Source of the DNA: an uncultured bacterium
GTDB lineage: Bacteria; Zixibacteria; MSB-5A5; UBA10806
DNA: 64,000 nucleotides
Direction of reading: 5' to 3'
NCBI GenBank assembly: GCA_965541585.1
Contig: CBEUCH010000003.1
Span: forward strand, 32,001 to 96,000
Position 1 is the stretch's first letter. The number at the start of each line of letters is the position of its first letter. The translations under genes were made by a program, and so were the position numbers. Under the pieces are notes generated by a model. It was not told the DNA's origin. It saw only the letters and a program-made list of their open reading frames with translations, and ran no database searches. This document shows, piece by piece, positions 55,516 to 64,000 of this stretch.

Positions 55516-56402
55516 TGCCTGCAGAGATAATCGACGGCAAGAAGATTGCCTTGCAGATTAGATCCGAGCTGAAGAAAAATATCATATCATTAGAAGAGAA
55601 GGGTATTGTCCCCGGCCTGGCCGCGGTTTTGGTCGGTGATAATCCGGCCTCCGCCATATACGTGAAAATGAAGGCTAATGCTTGCAAGGATATCGGCATT
55701 TATTCTGAAGTTATCAAAAAGGATAAAACCTGCTCTCATCAGGAGCTTCTCGAACTTGTCGACCAGCTAAATAATCGCGATGATATAGATGGAATACTGG
55801 TTCAGTCCCCGTTGCCTGATCAGATCGGCGAGGCGGCCATAACTTTCGCCATCGATCCCCAAAAGGATGTCGACGGTTTCCATCCGGTCAATCAGGGCCT
55901 GCTTCTGGCGGGGCGTGCTGCCTTCGAGCCGGCCACTCCCATGGGCGTTATGGAGCTTCTGGAGCGTTCGGGAAATAATCCTGCCGGAAAAGAGGTCGTT
56001 ATCCTGGGCCGGGGGTTTCTGGTGGGTCGCCCCTTATCGGTGATGCTTTCATTGAAGGCTAAGAGCGCCAATGCAACCGTTACCATCTGCCACACAGGAA
56101 CAAAGGATATATCGTTGCATACAAAAAGAGCGGACATAATCATCGCCGCCATGGGCAAGGCCCGGTTTCTCAAGGCCGATATGGTTAAGCCGGGGGCGGT
56201 TGTTATCGACGTCGGCACCAACCAGATCGCTGATCCGACTCATCCCAAAGGGAAGAGGCTGGTGGGCGATGTCGATTTCGACTCGGTCAAAGAAGTGGCC
56301 GGCGCAATAACGCCGGTTCCCGGGGGCGTCGGTCCCATGACAATCGCCTCATTGCTGAGGAACACGCTCAAGGCCTGCAAGAGCAGGCACGGAATCATTT
56401 AG
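55515..56402 (+). CDS. folD: Methylene-THF dehydrogenase/cyclohydrolase
   Basis: IDGK, KDVDGFHP, DVG, TPVPGGVGPMT. Confidence 0.97.
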   Translation: MPAEIIDGKKIALQIRSELKKNIISLEEKGIVPGLAAVLVGDNPASAIYVKMKANACKDIGIYSEVIKKDKTCSHQELLELVDQLNNRDDIDGILVQSPLPDQIGEAAITFAIDPQKDVDGFHPVNQGLLLAGRAAFEPATPMGVMELLERSGNNPAGKEVVILGRGFLVGRPLSVMLSLKAKSANATVTICHTGTKDISLHTKRADIIIAAMGKARFLKADMVKPGAVVIDVGTNQIADPTHPKGKRLVGDVDFDSVKEVAGAITPVPGGVGPMTIASLLRNTLKACKSRHGII

Positions 56403-56403
56403 A

Positions 56404-57639
56404 ATGACCCATAAGATTTATTCTATAACCGAGTTAACCGGAGAACTTAAACAAATACTCGAGGGCGCCTTTCCGAAGATCTGGGTCGAAGGTGAAATCT
56501 CAAACTACTTAAAACACTCATCGGGGCATCGGTATTTTACGATGAAGGACCAGAATGCTCAACTCCGATGCGTGATGTGGCGGTGGATGGGCAGCCACCT
56601 CATTTTCGAGCCGCAGGATGGTCTGAAGGTCAGGGCATCCGGGCAGGTCACAGTTTATGAAAAATCAGGGCAATACCAGCTAATTGTAACGTCGATACAG
56701 CCTGTCGGTATCGGCGAACTAGAATTGGCTTTCCAGCAATTGAAGAATAAGCTTGAGGAGGAGGGGCTATTCGATCCCGAGCATAAAATCCCCATACCGG
56801 AATTCCCGAATCGAATCGGAGTGGTGACATCGCCGACCGGTGCCGCCATCAGGGATATTCTGACTATTACTGCACGGCGCGCTCCGTGGGTGGAAATTAT
56901 TCTTTGGCCGGTGCTGGTTCAGGGCGAGGGTGCAGCTAGTCAAATCGCTCATGCCATCGCGGGATTCAATAAGCTGGATCTGGTGGATGTCATAATAGTC
57001 GGCCGCGGCGGAGGATCCCTCGAGGATCTCTGGGCCTTCAACGAAGAGGAGGTTGCCCGGGCCATATACGATTCGGACATCCCGGTCATCTCTGCAGTCG
57101 GTCATGAAATAGATTTCTCGATTTCCGATTTCGTAGCCGATCTGCGCGCTCCCACTCCGTCAGCGGCGGCGGAGATTGCAGTTCCCGATGGCGAGGAGTT
57201 GCTGTCGCGCATCGATGGTTATCTCGAAAACATATTATCATCAATGATGGATCTGATCGAGCAGGAGCAGGGGCGATTGGATGATATCCTGTCGCGTTAC
57301 GGTCTCAGGAGGCCGCTGGAGATTATCGCCCAGAGGGCCCAGCGTTGCGATGATCTCTCCCATTTACTGGACGTCCAGATGTCGCATCGCATGCAGATCT
57401 TCATGAATCGCTCGCAAACGCTATTTGAGAAGCTGGAGATGGTCTCCCCGAAAGCGGTCATGAAGCGGGGATATTCCTACGCCCGCGATCAGAAGGGCGA
57501 GGCCGTAAAAAGCTTCAAACAGGTTGCAATCGACGATAAAATCGATATAATTCTACATGAGGGCGGCCTGCAAACCAGGGTTACCCGTATCGACCCGAAA
57601 TCCCCAACCCGTACGGGGGAGAAGAAGCGCGATGGCTAA
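56404..57639 (+). CDS. xseA: Exodeoxyribonuclease VII large subunit
   Basis: GEISN, SGH.YF..KD, RGGGSLEDLWAFN, GHE.D...D.VAD.RAPTPS. Confidence 0.97.
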   Translation: MTHKIYSITELTGELKQILEGAFPKIWVEGEISNYLKHSSGHRYFTMKDQNAQLRCVMWRWMGSHLIFEPQDGLKVRASGQVTVYEKSGQYQLIVTSIQPVGIGELELAFQQLKNKLEEEGLFDPEHKIPIPEFPNRIGVVTSPTGAAIRDILTITARRAPWVEIILWPVLVQGEGAASQIAHAIAGFNKLDLVDVIIVGRGGGSLEDLWAFNEEEVARAIYDSDIPVISAVGHEIDFSISDFVADLRAPTPSAAAEIAVPDGEELLSRIDGYLENILSSMMDLIEQEQGRLDDILSRYGLRRPLEIIAQRAQRCDDLSHLLDVQMSHRMQIFMNRSQTLFEKLEMVSPKAVMKRGYSYARDQKGEAVKSFKQVAIDDKIDIILHEGGLQTRVTRIDPKSPTRTGEKKRDG

Positions 57640-57973
57640 GACTTTGACCGGCAAGATGTATTATTCCATCTCCGAGGCTGCCGTCATGGTCGGGGTGGAA
57701 GCATATGTCCTTCGCTTCTGGGAAAAGGAGTTCCCGCAGATAAAGCCGCGCAAGAATCGCGCCGGCAACAGAATCTACAAACCGTCCGATATCAAGCGGG
57801 TCAAGCGGATCAAGCGTCTGCTCCACGACGATGGCTACACTATCGAGGGCGCCAAAAATCTCTTGAAGCGCGAGGCGGGGGAGGCCGGCGCCGATCCTCG
57901 TGCCGAAGAGGTCCGGGACCTGCTCCGCGAGATCAGAATCGAGTTGGAGAAGATCATCAAACTTTTGCCTTGA
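57632..57973 (+). CDS. MerR-family HTH protein (type found next to tRNA-Pro)
   Basis: K.YYSISE......VLRFWE.EFP..KP.K...G.R.Y; GYTI.GA; ATG at 57632. Confidence 0.9.
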   Translation: MAKTLTGKMYYSISEAAVMVGVEAYVLRFWEKEFPQIKPRKNRAGNRIYKPSDIKRVKRIKRLLHDDGYTIEGAKNLLKREAGEAGADPRAEEVRDLLREIRIELEKIIKLLP

Positions 57974-57997
57974 TATGAACCATTTCTGTATTATTAT
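57970..57997 (+). promoter_or_regulatory. Sigma70-type promoter of tRNA-Pro
   Basis: TTGATA-N16-TATTAT. Confidence 0.55.
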
Positions 57998-58007
57998 GAA
58001 TTATTGT

Positions 58008-58085
58008 CGGGGCGTGGCGCAGCCTGGTTAGCGTGCTTGCTTGGGGTGCAAGTGGTCGGCCGTTCAAATCGGCTCGCCCCGACCA
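58008..58085 (+). tRNA. tRNA-Pro(GGG)
   Basis: Acceptor CGGGGCG/CGCCCCG-A-CCA; anticodon arm CTTGC-TTGGGGT-GCAAG. Confidence 0.97.
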
Positions 58086-58294
58086 GATAATTAACACAAT
58101 CTAATAAAAAAAGTTTATAGCGGTGGCAGGTCTCCTTCTAGGTCGTCTGACTGAATGTCAGAGTCGAAAGCGCTTGATTTTTCTGCATTACTGGTTAAAT
58201 TTAATAGGAATATGTCTTGCTATGTAACTTCTGATAACTTATCGGATTGTTGTTAGCAGGCAGGTCAACGGAGATCATAAAAGAGGACGTTGCC

Positions 58295-61003
58295 ATGAAA
58301 ACTGTTAAGATAATTCTAATTGGGTTTACGCTTCTATCATTGGCATCGATCGGTTTTGTAGAGGGTTTGGCTCAAAATCCTGCCCCGACCACCACTGGGA
58401 TGGGATCGTGGCCGTTCTCAAGCAGGCACATCTTAAACCCGGTTATTCAGGAGATGGTCGATTCGGTATCGCCGGATATTATAATCTCCAACCTGGAGGA
58501 TGTGGTCGGCTTCTACACCCGCCAGACAAATTCGGATACTCTCTCTCCCGATATCGGCATCGGGGCAACCAGGCGGTGGATTTACGGGCAATTCGAGGAA
58601 TACCGGGACGACCCCGAAGCCTTCGCGCTCGAGCCGGACTATTTCACGTTCAACGCTACGGTTTGCGGTATCGCCGGCGAGCATCGTAACGTCATGGCTA
58701 CGTTGCCGGGGACTGCGACGCCGGAGCGGCACTTCGTCGTCATGGGGCATATGGATGGACGAACGATAAACGTGTGCGACGCTGTTTCCTTCGCACCGTC
58801 GGCCAATGACGATGGCAGCGGTACGGTGGTGGCTATGGAAGTGGCACGCGTTATGAGCCGCTACTCATTCGAATCGACCGTCAACGTTATGATTGTAACC
58901 GGTGAGGATCAGGGTCTTTACGGCAGCACGGCCTACGCCCAGTGGGCGGTCGATCAGGGTATGATGATAGGTGCGGCGATAACCAACGACGTCGTGGGAA
59001 ATATTGAGGGATGTGAAAATCCCTCCTGTCCTCCCGGGGAACCGGTGATTATCGATAGTACCTCGGTTCGGCATTTTTCGGGTACGCCGGATACGGGCCT
59101 GTCCCGCCAGCTTTCCCGATATATGAAACTCAAAGCGCTGGAATATGTCCCGGACTTCACCATCGATCTGATCCTGGCGCGGGATCGTCCCGGCCGCTCG
59201 GGTGATCACATACCGTTTCACGATCGTGGATACGCCGCCGTGCGATTCACGGAAGCGAATGAAAACGGTGATGGAAGCGGCAACAACGGAAGGCAGCACA
59301 ACGAATTCGATATTATATCTGAGATGAATACGAACGCCGGATATATGGCAAACATCGCCAGAATCAACATTGCAGGCATAGCCGGCCTGGCGCTTGCCCC
59401 GGAGACGCCCGGTGGACTCGAGACCGGTAACGTTGGAGATGGCTCGACTGTAATCCTCTCCTGGCCCGCAGAACAGACCGAGCCGGATTTCGCAGGCTAC
59501 CGGGTTGCGGTTCGCCCCGTAGGACAGCTATTTTATACGGATATTTTCGATGCGGAAGATGAAAACGAATATACTCTATCCGGCCTTCTCGAGGGCCAGA
59601 CTGTATATCTCAGTATATCTGCGTATGACACCGATGAGAACGAAAGTGTCTTTTCCGAAGAGGTCTCATTTACACCATCGAGCGTACCGGTAGCGCCGGA
59701 GGATCCGGACGCCACCTCGGAGGAGAATGGGATACAACTCGATTGGACGCCCAGCAACGAGCTTGATATCGATGGCTATGGTATCTACCGCATGGAAACA
59801 GGGCAGGGCGATCCCGAACTCATATATACCGTCTCTCACCCTGCGTCCGAGTGGTACGACGATACGGTTTCGCCCCATGTTTTATACACGTATTATATCA
59901 CCGCCATAGACGTTGATCAAAATGAGAGCGGTTTCTCCGATCCTGTACTGGGACAACTCGCCACGCACGACAACGGCATTATCATCATCGATGGGACATT
60001 GGACGGTTCAGGCGGCCCGCTACAGCCTACCGACGACCAGGTCGATGACTACTACGATATGATTCTCGCCGGTTTTAACATCGGAGGACAGTGGGATGTT
60101 GTCGACAGCAACTCGGCCGGATTGCGATTCAGCGACGCTCATCTGGCTCCCTTCTCCGTGGCGGTTCTGCACTGCGATAGGCTTAACGCCCAGCTTCAGC
60201 AGGATACGACCGCCTTACGTAAGTATCTCGATAACGGGGGCCGCCTTTTCTTGAGTGGATGGAACCTCTCATATGCGCTGGCAGGGAACACATCCGATTT
60301 TACAGTCTTTCCTCCGGGCAGCTTTTTCAGGGAGTATCTCAAGGTGGACTCGCTGGGCGTCTCGGAGGTTTCAAATCAGGATTTTGTGAGCGCCCCGTCA
60401 CTGATGCCCTCAATTTACCCCGATCTCGTGATCGATAGCGCCAAGGTGCCGATCTTTGATCATCGCCTGCTGAAAATGGAGGCTTTTCTTGCACCCCTGG
60501 TCGATGAGCCGCTGACTGAGCCTCTCTACATTTATGAATCGTCAATGGGTGATGAGTTCCGATTGCACGGGGAACCGGTTGCCCTCAGGTATCTTGACGC
60601 TGATCTTCAGCTTGTCGTTTTCGACGTGCCTCTCTTTTTCATCCTGCAGGAACCGGCTACAGCTGCCGCGCGGCAAGCCTTAACCGATCTGGGGGAGATA
60701 CCGCTTGGAATCGTCGATAATAATCCTTCGCAAGTTCCGGGGAGATTCGAACTGTCCGCCGGCTATCCGAATCCCTTCAATTCCTCTACGGTTCTCTGTT
60801 ACAGCCTGCCGCAATCATCGGAGATAACTATCTCGATCTATAATCTCCTTGGCCAGAAACTGTCCACCATCTATAAAGGCATTCAGCAGCCGGGCGACCA
60901 TACCGTCACCTGGAACGCCACGGATTTCCCCTCCGGCATCTATTTCGCACGCCTGGAGACTAAGGACGCATCCGAGAGTATAAAACTGCTTTTGCTGAAA
61001 TAA
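58295..61003 (+). CDS. Secreted M28-family peptidase with FN3 domains and a YPNPFN-type C-terminal domain
   Basis: Signal peptide; GHMD, ANDDGSG, GEDQGL.GS, GDH.PF; FN3 motifs (GY.IYR, Y.YYI.A.D); YPNPFN...GIYF.RL; ATG at 58295. Confidence 0.88.
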   Translation: MKTVKIILIGFTLLSLASIGFVEGLAQNPAPTTTGMGSWPFSSRHILNPVIQEMVDSVSPDIIISNLEDVVGFYTRQTNSDTLSPDIGIGATRRWIYGQFEEYRDDPEAFALEPDYFTFNATVCGIAGEHRNVMATLPGTATPERHFVVMGHMDGRTINVCDAVSFAPSANDDGSGTVVAMEVARVMSRYSFESTVNVMIVTGEDQGLYGSTAYAQWAVDQGMMIGAAITNDVVGNIEGCENPSCPPGEPVIIDSTSVRHFSGTPDTGLSRQLSRYMKLKALEYVPDFTIDLILARDRPGRSGDHIPFHDRGYAAVRFTEANENGDGSGNNGRQHNEFDIISEMNTNAGYMANIARINIAGIAGLALAPETPGGLETGNVGDGSTVILSWPAEQTEPDFAGYRVAVRPVGQLFYTDIFDAEDENEYTLSGLLEGQTVYLSISAYDTDENESVFSEEVSFTPSSVPVAPEDPDATSEENGIQLDWTPSNELDIDGYGIYRMETGQGDPELIYTVSHPASEWYDDTVSPHVLYTYYITAIDVDQNESGFSDPVLGQLATHDNGIIIIDGTLDGSGGPLQPTDDQVDDYYDMILAGFNIGGQWDVVDSNSAGLRFSDAHLAPFSVAVLHCDRLNAQLQQDTTALRKYLDNGGRLFLSGWNLSYALAGNTSDFTVFPPGSFFREYLKVDSLGVSEVSNQDFVSAPSLMPSIYPDLVIDSAKVPIFDHRLLKMEAFLAPLVDEPLTEPLYIYESSMGDEFRLHGEPVALRYLDADLQLVVFDVPLFFILQEPATAAARQALTDLGEIPLGIVDNNPSQVPGRFELSAGYPNPFNSSTVLCYSLPQSSEITISIYNLLGQKLSTIYKGIQQPGDHTVTWNATDFPSGIYFARLETKDASESIKLLLLK

Positions 61004-61060
61004 AGCCTGATTCTGCAACGCCATAACAGATTCCTGTAAACCAAAATTGACAGATTTTCC

Positions 61061-61088
61061 TTGACAGATCGAAAATAGGGGGTAAATT
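61061..61088 (+). promoter_or_regulatory. Sigma70-type promoter, preceded by a direct repeat of TTGACAGAT (61047 and 61061)
   Basis: TTGACA-N16-TAAATT. Confidence 0.55.
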
Positions 61089-61121
61089 ACATATTAGATA
61101 CTCCATTATGGAGGAATAGAA

Positions 61122-62861
61122 GTGAAGTCTCTAAGCTTATATTTTGTTTCCCTTATCGCCATATTGGCCCTTGTGGTTCCCCCGGCCCACGCCGACTACC
61201 ACTACGCCAGCCATGAGGGGAGCGACGAATACCCCTATACATCTTGGGAGACCGGGGCCTGGCTCATACAGGACGCGGTGGATGCCACCGATCCCCGTGA
61301 TACGCTGTATATAGGCTCCGGGGATTGGTTTGAGGCGGTGGCCACCGACGTGTATGATTCTATAGCTATTATCGGTATGGGAATGGACAGCACCTTCTGC
61401 CACACCGACGAACATCATGTGACGGTCATGGTCACTGATTACGGCTGTTCGGTCGAGGGCATTACATTCTGGCATGATGATAATTGGAAGTGCCTCCGAG
61501 CCAGGGCGTTCGCCGATATATCCGTGAAAAATTGTAAGTTCCTCAATTCATGGGTCGGCGTTGAGGTGTCGGGCGGGCCCACGACAATTACTGACTGCAT
61601 TTTTGACAGTTGCCGAAGATCGATATTCCTTCCGGGTTGGCGAGGAGATTATTTTATAAGTAACAACCTTATACTAAATGGGTATGAAAATGAGGCTATG
61701 TTGCTTCGAGTCCGATCAGCGATTGTCGAAAACAATATCATTATCAATTCGGATGACAATATGGATGGGATGCATGGTACATCTGCAATTATAAGAAACA
61801 ATATAGTGATAAACGGTTCACGGGGAATAGCGGTCGATTTTGACAGCGTCTATAACAACGTAGTTATGAATATCAATTTCCCGAGCGTATCAAACTGGGG
61901 TATTGTGAATTCGGGGTATCCTTTTGATGTCGATTCTATTTTCAACAATTCCATAACAGGCTGTATTATTGGAGTGTTGGTCCACAGTCCCATATACATA
62001 AGCCATAACAACTTCCGGGACAACGATACGTATATATATAATTCGGAAAATCATCAGATTGATTCCGTCGGGAACATCTACTCATACCCAATGTATTATT
62101 CCGAAGAAGATCTTCATCTGCAGGCGTTTTCTCCGCTTATAGATGCCGGCGATCCTAACTACTTCGATATTAACGGTTCCAGATCCGATATAGGGGCTTA
62201 TGGAGGGCCTTATGGGGAGTCATACGAATACCAGGATTTGCCTCCGGAGATCCCCGACAGCCTATCGGCAATCGTAAGCTACGAAGATTCCACTATTTAT
62301 TTAAACTGGCTTTATAATTATGAGGCTGATTTCAGCAACTATATGCTTCATCGCTCGGAGGAATCTGGCTTCGAACCCGATTATATGAATCTCATCGCCG
62401 AGCCGGAAACATCTTATTATGAGGACAATGATTGGGTATTCGGGCAGGATTATTACTATAGAATAGCCTCTATGGACAGCCAGGGGAATACCTCGGAGTA
62501 TTCTGAGGAACTGGCAGTCATTCAGACGGGTGTAGACGAAACCGGGGGTTCTCAAATACCGTTCTTGACGGAGCTGCGGAATAATTATCCCAATCCCTTT
62601 AACAGCAGCACTACCATTGTCTATTCTGTTGCCAACCTGGGTCCTATCCCGGCCAGGATCGAAATAGGCATCTACGATATTTCCGGCAGGAAGGTAAGGA
62701 CATTGATAGATGAAAGGATGGGCGTCGGGGTCTATAGAGCCATCTGGGACGGCAAGACCGACGACGGGCGTGAGTGCTCCTCGGGTGTATATTTTGCCCG
62801 AATAAATCAATGGGGTCTCGATCTTAACGGGAGACCTGTGAAACTGATGTTGATTCGATGA
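61122..62861 (+). CDS. Secreted right-handed beta-helix protein with FN3 and FlgD-Ig/YPNPFN C-terminal domain
   Basis: Signal peptide; IQDAVDA; I.NNI repeats; SPLIDAGDP...SDIGAYGG; NYPNPFN...WDG...G....SGVYF. Confidence 0.85.
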   Translation: MKSLSLYFVSLIAILALVVPPAHADYHYASHEGSDEYPYTSWETGAWLIQDAVDATDPRDTLYIGSGDWFEAVATDVYDSIAIIGMGMDSTFCHTDEHHVTVMVTDYGCSVEGITFWHDDNWKCLRARAFADISVKNCKFLNSWVGVEVSGGPTTITDCIFDSCRRSIFLPGWRGDYFISNNLILNGYENEAMLLRVRSAIVENNIIINSDDNMDGMHGTSAIIRNNIVINGSRGIAVDFDSVYNNVVMNINFPSVSNWGIVNSGYPFDVDSIFNNSITGCIIGVLVHSPIYISHNNFRDNDTYIYNSENHQIDSVGNIYSYPMYYSEEDLHLQAFSPLIDAGDPNYFDINGSRSDIGAYGGPYGESYEYQDLPPEIPDSLSAIVSYEDSTIYLNWLYNYEADFSNYMLHRSEESGFEPDYMNLIAEPETSYYEDNDWVFGQDYYYRIASMDSQGNTSEYSEELAVIQTGVDETGGSQIPFLTELRNNYPNPFNSSTTIVYSVANLGPIPARIEIGIYDISGRKVRTLIDERMGVGVYRAIWDGKTDDGRECSSGVYFARINQWGLDLNGRPVKLMLIR

Positions 62862-62875
62862 AGGGAGGGAATCAG

Positions 62876-63898
62876 ATGTTGAGGATTTTCAAGATTGTCA
62901 TAACGATCATTGTGATTTCCTATGCTGCTTATGGAATCATAAGGGCGGACAACGAGTTGCCGTTCGGGGCGTGGTCATCGCAGCATGCGGATAAAGTAGA
63001 TCCCTACGATGACGATATGCTGACCACGCTTCACGACAGTCTCGGTTTCAATGTCTGGAACTCGGGTGGTTTTAACGAGTATCAGGTCGGTCGCTGGTAT
63101 AATAATGGGATCATGTCGATTCCGGTAGGTATTTACGCTGACGATGATGGTATATTGATAGATTCTTTGACTGAGGCCCATTACAAATATTCGCTGGCGC
63201 AATACTTGATAGTCCAGGCGGAGGATGAATCGTCGGACTACAAGTTTGAGACCAGGAATGGCACAATCGAGGATGACACCATTCTGGTATTCAGCGAGCC
63301 GGATACGGTGATGCTGGATAGCCTTGTCGTTACCCAGACGCGTACTGAACATGCCTTGCATGGTTGGCACATCAATGTTCGTTATTCGCCTTATCTAAGG
63401 ATGGGTTATCTTCGAGAGAGCTGGACGAATTCCAGCGATATCCTGGGCAGGTTTCGTGTGATACCTATAGATGACACTACGGTGGCCAGGCTGGACACCG
63501 TTATAACAGCCGGGGACTTGCCGTCCGATTCGACATTAACGCTTTTGTCTCTGGGTGATTACACAATCAGGGACGACAACTGGAAAGCGAAAAATATGAG
63601 ATTTCAATTTATAAAGCCCGATTCGCACACGGTTATGATCGACTATTTCAAGGTCCACTGCCAGGAGGGCGCCAGATTAGTGGAAGATGGTGACTACGAT
63701 GACCTTCTGGTGGAATATTTAATTCGTGGTAGTTCTGTCGACGATAGATTCAGATGGAGTTTCAAATGCGAGCTGCCGACGGAAAACCGGTTCGTTTATA
63801 ATCATTTGGACAGCCTTTTATGGGTTGCGGCCAGGGAACTGAGGTTGGCTGAGATGAGGGCCATGCGGGACGGCCGATCGATACTGATAGGAGATTAG
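62876..63898 (+). CDS. Hypothetical exported protein
   Basis: Signal/TM N-terminus; GGGAGG RBS before ATG at 62876; no recognisable motif. Confidence 0.7.
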   Translation: MLRIFKIVITIIVISYAAYGIIRADNELPFGAWSSQHADKVDPYDDDMLTTLHDSLGFNVWNSGGFNEYQVGRWYNNGIMSIPVGIYADDDGILIDSLTEAHYKYSLAQYLIVQAEDESSDYKFETRNGTIEDDTILVFSEPDTVMLDSLVVTQTRTEHALHGWHINVRYSPYLRMGYLRESWTNSSDILGRFRVIPIDDTTVARLDTVITAGDLPSDSTLTLLSLGDYTIRDDNWKAKNMRFQFIKPDSHTVMIDYFKVHCQEGARLVEDGDYDDLLVEYLIRGSSVDDRFRWSFKCELPTENRFVYNHLDSLLWVAARELRLAEMRAMRDGRSILIGD

Positions 63899-63902
63899 AG
63901 GA

Positions 63903-64000
63903 ATGCTCGCTTTGAAGATAAAGAACAAGCGTGTAAACTCCGTAATATTAACTCCGATTCTCACGATGCTTACTCTGGCGAGTCTGGCTTCCCCCGCCCG
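63903..64000 (+). CDS. 5' end of a probable exported protein running off the window
   Basis: MLALKIKNKRVNSVILTPILTMLTLASLASPA..., signal-peptide-like and open to the edge. Confidence 0.45.
   Translation, partial: MLALKIKNKRVNSVILTPILTMLTLASLASPA

Noticed and set aside
58008..64000. Prophage or integrative element at tRNA-Pro
   Set aside because: No integrase, phage gene or repeated tRNA 3' end was seen in the window.
1..64000. CRISPR arrays, IS elements, rRNA genes, frameshifted pseudogenes
   Set aside because: No repeat-spacer pattern, transposase or broken frame was seen; the only clear long tandem repeat is inside fliN.

Overview
All supported genes lie on the + strand. Positions 1-45.4 kb are one large flagellar cluster: the 3' part of an enlarged flgE; flbD-fliLMNOPQR-flhBAFG-fliA; an accessory/signalling insert; flgFGAHIJNK-csrA-flgL-fliW; a six-gene glycosylation locus; a 751-aa flagellin; then fliD, fliS, a chaperone-like gene, a long flgM-like gene and an HDOD gene. 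Positions 45.7-58.1 kb are a housekeeping block: tRNA-Val, thrS, infC (ATA start), rpmI, rplT, pheST, zapB-like, zapA, rny, ymdB, folD, xseA, a MerR-family HTH gene and tRNA-Pro. The rest encodes secreted proteins, two with YPNPFN-type C-terminal domains. Gene content suggests a diderm, FCB-superphylum-like bacterium (for example Zixibacteria-like); this is inference and was not searched. The most unusual region is 13.3-20.3 kb: DUF2225-like, PilZ, a His-less GAF-DHp protein, a GAF histidine kinase-like protein whose ATP-binding motifs are all lost, a 123-aa chemoreceptor-tip-like protein and three stand-alone receivers. The cluster also lacks motA/motB at the usual position, and FlhF and FlhG carry degenerate nucleotide motifs. 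Sigma54 promoters, sigma28 promoters and CsrA hairpins in the flagellin leader can be read directly from the DNA. There is also a candidate structured RNA upstream of tRNA-Val. All family calls are by-eye motif recognition; no database search or folding program was run.
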